From NCBI RefSeq assembly GCF_003010495.1, contig NZ_CP027570.1:2430001-2462000 (forward strand): a DNA stretch of 32,000 nucleotides, read 5' to 3'. The notes below the pieces were generated by a model, which worked only from the letters and a program-made list of their open reading frames with translations, made no database searches and was not told the DNA's origin. This document shows, in pieces, positions 8,356 through 16,496 of the stretch (positions are counted from its first letter, which is position 1; every line of letters begins with the position of its first letter). Both the position numbers and the translations under genes were made by a program. Source of the DNA: Megasphaera elsdenii DSM 20460. GTDB lineage: Bacteria; Bacillota; Negativicutes; Veillonellales; Megasphaeraceae.

Positions 8356-10257
8356 TTACCGGTCATCACTGTCGTGCTGACTGTCACCCTTCCCATCGTG
8401 GGTGTTCTTATCGGCTTTAGTATTTTTATCTTTGCCGTTCTTGTCCTTATCCTTCGGTGCGCCTTCGGCATATTCGCCGACGTGGAAGTACGCTTCCAGC
8501 ATGGAACGGACAATCGGGCCGGACGACAGGGAGCCGAACCCGCCCTGTTCCGTCAGGACGGCGATGACGATGCGCGGATGTTCATACGGCGCATAGGCGA
8601 CGAACCAGCCATGGTCCGTGCCGCCGAAGTTTTCCGCCGTCCCTGTCTTGCCGGCGACCTGAATCGGGAAGCCTGCGAACAAGGAACCGGCAGTACCGGA
8701 TTCTTCGGCAACGTTACGCATCCCTTCGCGGACCAGGTCCAGCGTCGATTTGGATACGGACAAGGTGCCGACCTGTTCCGGTGCGAAGATCTTATATGGC
8801 GTGCCGTCGAGATTGTCGATACGGCTGACGATGAACGGCCGGTACTGGATGCCGCCGTTGGCGACTTCGCTGACGATCATAGCCGCCTGGAGCGGCGTGA
8901 CCAGCTGGAAGCCCTGGCCGATAGCCGAGTTGAACGTATCGCCGAGGTACCATTCATCGTGGAAATTCTTCTTCTTATATTCCGCACTGGCGACCAGGCC
9001 CGGTGCTTCGCCGCGCAGGGCGATGCCCGTTTTCTTGCCCATGCCGAACATGCGGGCGTATTTTGCCAGTTCGTCGATGCCGACGCGGCGGCCCATTTCG
9101 TAGAAGTATACGTTATCGGACTTAGCCAGGGCTTCGACGAAGTTGATCCAGCCCAGGGCTTCGCCACCGGCGTTGCGCATATCGACTAACCAGTGACGGC
9201 CACTGTCGAAGATCATTTCATCAGGCGTGACTTTCTTCAATTCCAAAGCGGCCGACCCTGTGATCAGCTTGAACGTCGAACCTGGCGGATATTCACCGGC
9301 AATGACGCGGTTTTCCATGGGGTGGTTGGGATTGTCGTTGATGAGGGACCATTCCTTTTCCGTAATGCCCCGGGTGAACCAGTTCGGGTCGTATGCCGGG
9401 CGGCTGGCCATGGCCAGGACAGCGCCCGTGTTGGGGTCGACGGCGACGGCGGCGATGCCGTGGGTGCCGATGCCATTGGCAATCTGGCGGTCCATGGCCC
9501 GTTCCGTAGCCTGCTGCAGGTAGAGGTCGATGGTCAAGTGCATATTATGGCCGGCGACGGGTTCCTTCCGTTCCATTTCCTTGACCGGGCTGCCGGCCGC
9601 ATCGACTTCGACCTGACGGCCGCCGTCCTTGCCGCGCAGGAGGTCGTCATAATAAGCTTCCAGGCCGGCCCGGCCGATCTGGGTGATGTTGGACACGCCT
9701 TCGACGCCTTTCAGGCGCTTGGCATCTTCTTCATCGATCTGACCGACATAACCGAAAACCTGAGCGGCCATCATCTTATAAGGATAATAGCGGATCGGCT
9801 GGACGTCGACAGAGACGCCAGGCAGGTCATTGCGCTGTTCTTCGATTTTGGTGACGATATCCTGGGTCAAATCATTGGCCAGGACCGTCGGCACATAGGA
9901 ACTCTTGACTTTCTGGACCTTTTCCCGCAATTTATCTTCGGGCATGTTGAGGATGCCTGCCAGTTTCTGCAGTTCTTCGTCACTCATGCCTTCTTTAGGC
10001 GGTACATACGTGACCATGAAGCTCGGCCGCGAGCCGACCAGGATCTGGCCATTGCGGTCGTACATGATGCCGCGCATCGCTGCGATAGGAATAGCCCGCA
10101 GGCGGTTCCCTTCGGCCAGAGTGTGGTAATATTCGCCGGCAAAGAGCTGTAAATAGACCAGCCGGCTGACGAGTATGATGAAAATCACGATGATGATCCA
10201 GTAGAGATACCGGAAGCGGCCATCTTGATTTTTCTTTTTCAGTAACGCTTCAAGCAT
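8356..10257 (-). CDS. mrdA: Penicillin-binding protein 2 (elongasome transpeptidase)
   Basis: 633 aa with an N-terminal TM anchor, a PBP dimerisation domain and transpeptidase motifs STFK (PGSTFKLIT), SDN and KTGT (AGKTGTAE). It lies directly downstream of mreD. Confidence 0.9.
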   Translation of the reverse strand: MLEALLKKKNQDGRFRYLYWIIIVIFIILVSRLVYLQLFAGEYYHTLAEGNRLRAIPIAAMRGIMYDRNGQILVGSRPSFMVTYVPPKEGMSDEELQKLAGILNMPEDKLREKVQKVKSSYVPTVLANDLTQDIVTKIEEQRNDLPGVSVDVQPIRYYPYKMMAAQVFGYVGQIDEEDAKRLKGVEGVSNITQIGRAGLEAYYDDLLRGKDGGRQVEVDAAGSPVKEMERKEPVAGHNMHLTIDLYLQQATERAMDRQIANGIGTHGIAAVAVDPNTGAVLAMASRPAYDPNWFTRGITEKEWSLINDNPNHPMENRVIAGEYPPGSTFKLITGSAALELKKVTPDEMIFDSGRHWLVDMRNAGGEALGWINFVEALAKSDNVYFYEMGRRVGIDELAKYARMFGMGKKTGIALRGEAPGLVASAEYKKKNFHDEWYLGDTFNSAIGQGFQLVTPLQAAMIVSEVANGGIQYRPFIVSRIDNLDGTPYKIFAPEQVGTLSVSKSTLDLVREGMRNVAEESGTAGSLFAGFPIQVAGKTGTAENFGGTDHGWFVAYAPYEHPRIVIAVLTEQGGFGSLSSGPIVRSMLEAYFHVGEYAEGAPKDKDKNGKDKNTKADKNTHDGKGDSQHDSDDR

Positions 10258-10274
10258 AAATTAATCTCCTTCAT

Positions 10275-10784
10275 TTACCAGCGATAGCCGGGAAACCCGT
10301 AAAAAGCATCTTCACGGCGCAAGTGCCAGACGATGTGGTCTACGGGCAGGGCCAGGATCCCGTGATAAACAAGCATGGGTATGCTGAATTCCAATAAGTA
10401 GGCGGCAATATTGATGTACTGGCCGGCCAGGAAGAGGAAGCCGCAGGTCAGGGCCAGGCCGACTTCCGTCGCGCCCAGGACGATGAGCAGCGTCAGGACC
10501 CACTGGTCCTTGTCGATATCCCGGCCCAGGTAGCTGCAGACCAGGGCTACGATGAGGTAGACCAGGAGGTGCATCCCAAAGAAATTGCCGATGATGACGT
10601 CCTGACAAAAGCCGCCCAGCAGGGCCGTGATGATGCCGATGCGCTGTCCGTGATGGAGGGCCATGAGGACGACGAAGACGAAGATGAGGTTCGGCTGGCT
10701 CACACCGTTAAACATAAAAGGCAGGACAGCGCTCTGCAAAATGAAGACGATGAAAGCCGTCATGATACAGTTCAGTTTCTTCAT
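10275..10784 (-). CDS. mreD: Rod shape-determining protein MreD
   Basis: 169-aa hydrophobic multi-TM protein immediately after mreC. Its start overlaps the mreC stop by 4 nt. Confidence 0.8.
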   Translation of the reverse strand: MKKLNCIMTAFIVFILQSAVLPFMFNGVSQPNLIFVFVVLMALHHGQRIGIITALLGGFCQDVIIGNFFGMHLLVYLIVALVCSYLGRDIDKDQWVLTLLIVLGATEVGLALTCGFLFLAGQYINIAAYLLEFSIPMLVYHGILALPVDHIVWHLRREDAFYGFPGYRW

Positions 10785-11701
10785 AAGGCTGCGGCTCCTT
10801 TGATCCCTTCTACTTTGTCGCGATTCGTCTGCGGTACGAGTTTCGGCGTAACCTCCGGTTTTTCATAAGACCCGGTGTCGGCCGACTTCAAGATGACGAA
10901 GACTTCTTCCAGTTTGGAGAAATCGACGCTGGGACGAATGACGGCATATTTTACGAAATCATTTTCATTCTGATGGATCGACACGATGGTACCGATGGGC
11001 AGGCCCTTCGGGTAGATAGAGCCGAAGCCCGACGTGACCAGTGTATCCCCTTCCAGGATATCTGCGTCCTTGGCGATGTTGACGAACTGCGGTTCCGTCG
11101 GTACGTTGCCGTTACCGCGGACGACAGAGGACACCCGCGATTCCGGACGCTGGACGATGGCGCCGATGCTCGTCCGCGGGTCGGTCAGGAGCTGGACCCG
11201 AGCCGAATGAGGATAGACATCGCTGATGAAGCCGACGACGCCGCTCGGCGTGATGACAGGCATATCCTTTTCGACGCCTTCACCGCTGCCGACGTCTATG
11301 ATCATCGTATTGGTCCACGTGCCATAGTCACGGGAAATGACGGACCCAGCCAGAAGCTGGTACTGGTTGTGGGACGATTTGAAATTGAGGAGCGCCCGCA
11401 GGCGGTCGTTTTCGGCTACGACTTCATCGTAGTCGACAGTCCGGCTCTTGAGGTCGGCATTTTCTTTTTCCAGCGATTCCCATTCAATGCGGTTTTTCAG
11501 GCTGATGTCGACAATGTGGATGCTCGACGTCAGGGAGTCCATGACGCGGCTGGCACCGTATTCAAAAGGCGACATGATCGTCATCAGCGGCTTGGTGATG
11601 AACGGCAGGGAATCGCGCTGGCGCCAGGCCCAGCCGACAAGCGCAATGACGATGAATAAGATGAGTACGAAGACGACGCTTCTTTTACCGAACGAAAACA
11701 A
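10781..11701 (-). CDS. mreC: Rod shape-determining protein MreC
   Basis: 306 aa with an N-terminal TM, a coiled-coil (ENADLKSR...ENDRLRALL) and beta-barrel repeats (VITPSGVVGFISDV, GFGSIYPKGLPIG). The start is TTG 11701, 9 nt after GGAGGAG. Confidence 0.9.
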   Translation of the reverse strand: MFSFGKRSVVFVLILFIVIALVGWAWRQRDSLPFITKPLMTIMSPFEYGASRVMDSLTSSIHIVDISLKNRIEWESLEKENADLKSRTVDYDEVVAENDRLRALLNFKSSHNQYQLLAGSVISRDYGTWTNTMIIDVGSGEGVEKDMPVITPSGVVGFISDVYPHSARVQLLTDPRTSIGAIVQRPESRVSSVVRGNGNVPTEPQFVNIAKDADILEGDTLVTSGFGSIYPKGLPIGTIVSIHQNENDFVKYAVIRPSVDFSKLEEVFVILKSADTGSYEKPEVTPKLVPQTNRDKVEGIKGAAAL

Positions 11702-11703
11702 TT

Positions 11704-12744
11704 TTAAAATCTCCTCCTATATATACGCTGAGCCCCTTCGACGAGGGCCGATAACTTATCACGATCCGCGACGGCAATGCCCGTGCCTTTGGCAACGGCC
11801 AGTTCCGGTTCCGGGGCCACCATGACCGGCACGCCCAGTTCCTGCGTAAAGAGCTGGTCCAGGCCCTTGAGCTTGGCGCCGCCGCCGGTGAGGACGATGC
11901 CGTGTTCCATGATGTCCGCTGCCAGTTCTGGCGGCGTTTCCCGCAGGACATCCTTGACCAGGTCGAGGATCTTGATAAGGGGCTTGCCGATGACGTGGTA
12001 GAGCTCACTCGATTTGATGGCCATTTCCCGCTGGAGACCGTCGTCGAGGCCGCGGCCCATGAAGTAATAGCCCCGGTCCTCTAAAGGCAGGATCGCCGAA
12101 CCATTGGTCACTTTCATTTCCTCGATAGTCGTATCGTCCGTGACGATATCGTACTGATAGCGCAGATAATCTTTGATGGCCGCATTGAAATCAAGGCTGC
12201 CCAAGTGGAGCGACTTGGAAACGACGATGCCCCCCAGGGACAGCATGGCCACATTAGTCGTACCGCCGCCGATGTCGATGACCATGTTGCCGACCGGGTC
12301 ATAGACGGGCAGGTTGACGCCGAGGGCAGCCGCCGCTGCCGTTTCGATCAAAAAGGCTTCTTTCGCGCCGGCCTGGTAGACCGCTTCCATGACGGCCCGC
12401 TTCTCGACATTCGACGCTGCCGACGGCACGCCGATCATAATGCGCAGGCGCTGGACACTGCGGACGCACTTGCTGAGGATATACCCCAGCATGGTCCGGG
12501 TAACACTGTAATCGGCGATGACGCCGTGGACCAGCGGCCGATGGAGCTTCACCGTTTCCGGTGACCGGGATAACAAGTCTTCGGCGGCCCGGCCGACAGC
12601 AATGATCTTGCTGTTCCGTTCGTCCGTCGCCATGACCGATGGTTCAGACAGGACGATGCCCCGGCCCTCCACATAGACCTGGGTTGTAGACGTCCCTAAA
12701 TCAATCCCTATATTTTTAGTTAATGGAGAAAAAATCGAAGCCAT
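11704..12744 (-). CDS. mreB: Rod shape-determining actin homologue MreB
   Basis: 346 aa with actin-fold motifs IGIDLGTSTT, VIDIGGGTT and IVLTGGGAKLKGL. Confidence 0.95.
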   Translation of the reverse strand: MASIFSPLTKNIGIDLGTSTTQVYVEGRGIVLSEPSVMATDERNSKIIAVGRAAEDLLSRSPETVKLHRPLVHGVIADYSVTRTMLGYILSKCVRSVQRLRIMIGVPSAASNVEKRAVMEAVYQAGAKEAFLIETAAAAALGVNLPVYDPVGNMVIDIGGGTTNVAMLSLGGIVVSKSLHLGSLDFNAAIKDYLRYQYDIVTDDTTIEEMKVTNGSAILPLEDRGYYFMGRGLDDGLQREMAIKSSELYHVIGKPLIKILDLVKDVLRETPPELAADIMEHGIVLTGGGAKLKGLDQLFTQELGVPVMVAPEPELAVAKGTGIAVADRDKLSALVEGAQRIYRRRF

Positions 12745-12804
12745 AACAAATCCTTTCTATTCCTTTCGCATATTCTGTCTTAGTTGAACAGTCATCAATT
12801 CCAT

Positions 12805-12833
12805 ATTTTATCACATTGCGCCCCTTTTCGCAT
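12805..12833 (-). promoter_or_regulatory. Possible extended -10 promoter for mreB
   Basis: The minus strand reads TGATAAAAT (TGn + TAAAAT, -10 at 12805..12810) with a weak -35 ATGCGA 17 nt upstream. It lies about 55 nt before the mreB ATG and just downstream of the terminator at 12854..12890. Confidence 0.35.
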
Positions 12834-12853
12834 TAACTAATTTCAGGGAATGG

Positions 12854-12890
12854 AAAAAAGGGCCTGTCGCACGTGCGACAGACCCTTTTA
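12854..12890 (-). terminator. Rho-independent terminator after the ECF S-component gene
   Basis: The minus strand reads GGGTCTGTCGCAC/GTGCGACAGGCCC (one mismatch) followed by TTTTTT. An A-tract on the other side makes it potentially bidirectional. Confidence 0.6.
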
Positions 12891-12950
12891 AGTGGTTAGC
12901 AGCTACCCCCACATGTGCATGACAGCCGAAACAGCCACGCGCCCCGTCCC

Positions 12951-13580
12951 TTACGCGACTTTCAAGCCGGCGCGGTGCAAGGCCATGACGATAGGAGTGA
13001 TGATGAGGCCCGATACGATGGCTTCCGGGATACCATTGACGGCCGTGATGCCCAGCATGATGTTGATGACATTCATGAAGGGAATACCCTGCGCTTCAGC
13101 ATAGGGGACGCCGACGATGGCCGTAAAGGACCCGAGGAAGAGAATCGTATGGCAGACCGTCGTCAAGACTGCCGTAATGGCAATACGCCATACTTCGCGG
13201 ATTTTCAGATGACGATAGATTTCAAAAGCAATGACGCCGATGAGGATGCGCGGTATGATACAGATGAAGGCATCGGCAACGACGTTATACTGAACGGCGA
13301 ACAAGAGCAAGGCACTTGGCGCCTGTAAAGACCGGATAAAAGAAAAAATGCCGAACATGAAGCCGACAATCATGCCGACCTTGCGGCCTGCCGTCAGGCT
13401 GCCGATAATCGTCGGAATATGAAGGATCGTCGCATTCATGATGACCAGCGGAATGAAGCCATAGCCCGTAAGACCTAAAAAAATCGTAATGGCCGACAAA
13501 AAACCGGCAACTGTCAACTGCCGGATCGACAAAAAAGTGCGCTGTGCCGGCATGGTGCCAGCTGCATTCTGTTTTCCCAT
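12951..13580 (-). CDS. ECF-transporter substrate-specific (S) component; substrate unknown, possibly PanT-like
   Basis: 209-aa protein with about 6 TM segments (NATILHIPTIIGSL, GIPEAIVSGLIITPIV). ATG 13580 sits 6 nt after GGAGG. The 73 residues the track adds upstream (to 13799) are non-membrane and Cys/Arg-rich, so they are leader DNA. No EcfA or EcfT genes are adjacent. Confidence 0.7.
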   Translation of the reverse strand: MGKQNAAGTMPAQRTFLSIRQLTVAGFLSAITIFLGLTGYGFIPLVIMNATILHIPTIIGSLTAGRKVGMIVGFMFGIFSFIRSLQAPSALLLFAVQYNVVADAFICIIPRILIGVIAFEIYRHLKIREVWRIAITAVLTTVCHTILFLGSFTAIVGVPYAEAQGIPFMNVINIMLGITAVNGIPEAIVSGLIITPIVMALHRAGLKVA

Positions 13581-13719
13581 GATTTTCCTCCGTTCTCGCT
13601 CTCTCGCAAGATACAAGTCGCAAACAAGCAAACAGACACAAAAACACGGCCGGTCCGCGCCAGTATCCGCCCGTTCCCGGTACCAATCCGGCGCTGAAAA
13701 AGAACCTGCCTTCTGTGTC
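13581..13719 (-). promoter_or_regulatory. Structured 5' leader with a terminator-like hairpin; candidate riboswitch or attenuator of unrecognised class
   Basis: The roughly 139-nt GC-rich leader contains ACGGGCGG-13 nt-CCGGCCGU followed by GUUUUUGUGU (plus-strand 13636..13674). A competing pairing GCGCC...GGCGC sequesters the terminator 5' arm. Confidence 0.35.
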
Positions 13720-13725
13720 ACGCGT

Positions 13726-13755
13726 AGTATATCATATTTAGCCAGGCCTTGCCAA
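13726..13755 (-). promoter_or_regulatory. Promoter of the ECF S-component gene
   Basis: The minus strand reads TTGGCA-18 nt-TATACT with an extended -10 (TGATATACT). The -35 is at 13750..13755 and the -10 at 13726..13731. Confidence 0.5.
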
Positions 13756-13800
13756 TAGCAATTGGGAATATTGTGAATTTTTACACGAGCATAATGCAAA

Positions 13801-15682
13801 GGGGCTGTAACAAAATGAGCTTTTTAGCTCATTTTGTTGCAGTCTTCTTTCTTTCCCATAACTAACACAATAGCTGGCATTTTTCATTTTCGTGAAAAAT
13901 GCCAGCTATCTGTTTTTAGGCGTACTTTAATAAGCCTTGCTGTTTTTTCTTTTTTTAGCAGGCTACTGTATGTGTTTCTTCTTTTTCTAAATAGTGTTGT
14001 TGTAATCGGTCCGTATCCCGGCGACTTCGGTATTTTCTCAGATTAAAGCCGAATGCCATGAACAACAGTTCCTTTTCTACACTTTCTTTTCCCTTATGTC
14101 TCACTCGGCGGTATTCGTAGTTTCCCTTTACTGTTCCAAACGCCCCTTCTATCTGTATGGAGCGGTTAATCCGCAACTGGATTCCTTTTTCACTATGAAT
14201 GAAGTCGTAGTCCCTGTCCAATAAGGATTGGTAGTAAGGATTGTACTGTACCATTTTATTCTGTGTTGGTTTCTTTCCTGTACGGGTCGGCTGGCATTGA
14301 TTCCGTTTTCCACAATACTGACAGTTTTCACATTGGTAAATTCGTACGGTCCGTTCATATCCGCTGGCCCTATCGCGCTGCTTTTTTTCCGTTATGAAAT
14401 GCAGCTTCCTTCCTTTGGCACAGGTATAGGTATCGCTGTCTGCGTCATAGGCCATATTGCTTCGGTGCCCGATTTTTTTCTTGAAGGCAGACGTCTTCCG
14501 GTATTCATACTCCCGTGGCTTGATGCATACCGTGCTTCCTTTCTTTTCTATCCAGTCCATATTCTCTTCACTGTCATATCCGGCATCCGCCACGATATGA
14601 TCTGCCAGTCTTCCATACTCTGATTCCAATGCCGTCAAAAACGGGATCAAGGTCCGGGTATCTGTTGGATTCGGGAATAGACCCAGTCCGATAATATATT
14701 CAGACTGTACGGCTAACTGAAGATTGTAGGCCGGCTTCAGCTGCCCGTTTTTCATGTGGTCTTCTTTCATGCGCATAAATGTAGCATCGGGATCGGTCTT
14801 GGAATAACTGTTCCGTGTGCCCAGTATGGTCAGGTGGGCATCATATTCTTGCTGTTTCTCCCGGATGGCTGCCACTTCTTCAAATAGTTTTTGTTCGACT
14901 GTTTTTCGGTGGCCAGACCCTTGCACGAATGTGATGCCGTTTCCTTGGCATACGTCTGCGGCAGACCGGAGTAATTCATCGTCATCCAGTGTACAGGTAT
15001 CCATGCCCGTGAAAGCTAGCATCTGTTCCTGGATTTGCCGCCGTTTTTCCTTTAGCTTAGCGATCCCTTTTTCCACTCGCTTGCGCCAGACAAACGTATA
15101 GCGGTTCGCGTTGGCTTCCATCTTGGTCCCATCAATATACCATTCTGTAAAATCTACGGAATCCAGCAAAGACAGTTGATGCACAAACTGGGCAAACAAA
15201 TGGCGGAGCACTTCTATGGGAATCCGGTGAAAGAAACGGCCAAACGTCATGTGGCTGGGAGCCGGATACCCTTCCAGCAACCACATATATTCTATATTGA
15301 CACGGCATTGTTCGCTGATACTGCGCAGGGAATATACGCCCTGGGCTGCAGCAAAGACCCTCACTTTGAACAAGATCTTGGGCGGTACCTTAGGATTTCT
15401 GCCTTTAACAGAGTAGAGATGCTGTAATGCTGAATAATCCAACCTTTCTAATAATGCATCTACGATACAAACCAACCGATCTTGTTCTAGTGAAATGCCA
15501 TAATCCAATGGCAAAACGAGTTGCCTCGGAGTGTAAGTTTTGGTATACTTTACGTGGTTGATTTTGTTTGGCATACAATAATTATACCAGCAAAGAGGCC
15601 CTTTGGGGCCTCTTTTGCTTAAAAAAAATGGGCTCAGATAACTGAGTCCATTTTTTAGATGAGGCTATTCTGTTACAGCCCC
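13801..15682 (-). mobile_element. IS1182-family insertion sequence, apparently intact
   Basis: The terminal inverted repeats are GGGGCTGTAACAAAAT (13801..13816) and the reverse complement of 15667..15682, GGGGCTGTAACAGAAT; they match at 15 of 16 positions. They bracket a single 539-aa transposase ORF. Sub-terminal hairpins lie at 13809..13838, 13871..13910, 15593..15614 and around 15625..15650. No clear target-site duplication is visible. Confidence 0.85.
13955..15574 (-). CDS. IS1182-family DDE transposase
   Basis: 539 aa. The N-terminal InsH-like block is LDYSALQHLYSVKGRNPKVPPKILFKVRVFAAAQGVYSLRSISEQCRVNIEYMWLL. The C-terminal DDE block is ADAGYDSEEN...IEGAFGTVKGNYEYRRVRHKG. Confidence 0.9.
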   Translation of the reverse strand: MPNKINHVKYTKTYTPRQLVLPLDYGISLEQDRLVCIVDALLERLDYSALQHLYSVKGRNPKVPPKILFKVRVFAAAQGVYSLRSISEQCRVNIEYMWLLEGYPAPSHMTFGRFFHRIPIEVLRHLFAQFVHQLSLLDSVDFTEWYIDGTKMEANANRYTFVWRKRVEKGIAKLKEKRRQIQEQMLAFTGMDTCTLDDDELLRSAADVCQGNGITFVQGSGHRKTVEQKLFEEVAAIREKQQEYDAHLTILGTRNSYSKTDPDATFMRMKEDHMKNGQLKPAYNLQLAVQSEYIIGLGLFPNPTDTRTLIPFLTALESEYGRLADHIVADAGYDSEENMDWIEKKGSTVCIKPREYEYRKTSAFKKKIGHRSNMAYDADSDTYTCAKGRKLHFITEKKQRDRASGYERTVRIYQCENCQYCGKRNQCQPTRTGKKPTQNKMVQYNPYYQSLLDRDYDFIHSEKGIQLRINRSIQIEGAFGTVKGNYEYRRVRHKGKESVEKELLFMAFGFNLRKYRSRRDTDRLQQHYLEKEETHTVAC

Positions 15683-15684
15683 TT

Positions 15685-15720
15685 TTGAGTATGAAGTTGA
15701 AAGTTTGATGTTTGATGTAG
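15685..15720. repeat. Half-copy (one arm) of the heptad-repeat element found at 27153..27240
   Basis: TTGAGTATGAAGTTGAAAGTTTGATGTTTGATGTAG matches 27151..27186 at 30 of 36 positions. This includes an identical 17-nt core, GTTTGATGTTTGATGTA. It begins 3 nt from the IS right end. Confidence 0.6.
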
Positions 15721-15785
15721 ATATTTTTAAATTTAAAGCAATCTCCTTAAACACTCTGTCTATATTGCTCAACAGCGGGTAATTA

Positions 15786-16238
15786 CTACATATTTGCTTC
15801 GATTTTTTCGATAATCAAACGCTGTACCCATTTGGGCGGCATCCGATTTCCGGCATTCCATTCCTGGACCGTACGATAAGGCGCCCCTAAGAGTTCAGCC
15901 AATCCTTTTACATTTAATCCGGCTTTCTTGCGCGCGTACTTGATAGGATTATTTTCCCGGTCAATGACATCTTGATATGCGTCGGTATCAGCAACCACTA
16001 AATTAACGAATCCATTTTCCGGTACTTTTACTTTATCCCGCGGTGTCGGTTCGGGTATAGCCTGCTTTTGCTGTTCCATACTCCAAACCATTAAATTCAA
16101 CACATCGTCTGCGTTTTCCATTGCTTCGGTCAAGGTTGCGCCATCGGTAAAGCAGCCGTCTACATCCGGAAAATTTACGTAATATACTTTGTCTTTTTCA
16201 TCCCATTGGAATGTAGCTGGGAAAATATATTTGCTCAT
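15786..16238 (-). CDS. hicB: Type II antitoxin HicB with a C-terminal HTH domain
   Basis: 150 aa. The N-terminus YIFPATFQWDEKDKVYYVNFPDVDGCFTDGATLTEAMENADDVL is the HicB fold. The C-terminus ARKKAGLNVKGLAELLGAPYRTVQEWNAG is an XRE-like HTH. It lies downstream of hicA. Confidence 0.85.
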   Translation of the reverse strand: MSKYIFPATFQWDEKDKVYYVNFPDVDGCFTDGATLTEAMENADDVLNLMVWSMEQQKQAIPEPTPRDKVKVPENGFVNLVVADTDAYQDVIDRENNPIKYARKKAGLNVKGLAELLGAPYRTVQEWNAGNRMPPKWVQRLIIEKIEANM

Positions 16239-16288
16239 GACGTCCTCCTTTTTATATGAATCAGGTCAAGGGGATTTCTCCCCTTGCC

Positions 16289-16471
16289 TTACTGAATACC
16301 AGCCTGTTTAAAAATAGCTTTAATAGTTCCTGACGGTATGTCCTTATTGTGCCGCCAGACGGGGAATTGCTTTCCCGTTATCGGGCTGTAATACAGGTCA
16401 TGATTTCCACCATGCCCAATCAACTTGCACCCATTCTTTTTAAGGATCTTTAACAGCTCCGACCTCTTCAT
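16289..16471 (-). CDS. hicA: Type II toxin HicA (mRNA interferase)
   Basis: 60 aa: MKRSELLKILKKNGCKLIGHGGNHDLYYSP...IPSGTIKAIFKQAGIQ. This is the canonical HicA length and motif set. RBS AAGGGGG lies 7 nt upstream. Confidence 0.9.
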   Translation of the reverse strand: MKRSELLKILKKNGCKLIGHGGNHDLYYSPITGKQFPVWRHNKDIPSGTIKAIFKQAGIQ

Positions 16472-16496
16472 TCTGTAACCCCCTTTCTTTAATTAT

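Noticed and set aside
8179-10152. The + strand ORFs 8179..9189 (336 aa) and 9193..10152 (319 aa).
   Set aside because: They are antisense to PBP2, which carries the STFK/SDN/KTGT motifs. Their composition is typical of shadow frames.
13581-13719. Assigning the ECF-S leader to TPP, FMN, THF, preQ1, cobalamin, ZTP or guanidine riboswitch classes.
   Set aside because: The conserved cores I remember for each class (for example CUGAGA/ACCUGAUCUGGAUAAUGCCAGCG for TPP, GCCACUG for B12, GAGUAG for THF) are not present. A covariance-model scan is needed.
13581-13799. The 73-residue N-terminal extension of the ECF S-component ORF (track start 13799).
   Set aside because: The extension is non-hydrophobic and Cys/Arg-rich and contains the promoter and terminator-like hairpin. 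ATG 13580 has a GGAGG RBS and gives a typical S component of about 209 aa.
13771-13800. GTGAATTTTTAC left of the IS resembles the loop GTGATTTTAC of the leu hairpin, which might be the missing other half of a repeat split by the IS.
   Set aside because: The order is wrong for a simple split, since the loop side would have to lie right of the arm. The similarity disappears after 12 nt.
13790-15695. Target-site duplication flanking the IS.
   Set aside because: The flanks (..ATAATGCAAA | TTTTGAGTAT..) show no direct repeat. The AAA/TTT at the junctions may merely extend the inverted repeat by 3 bp.
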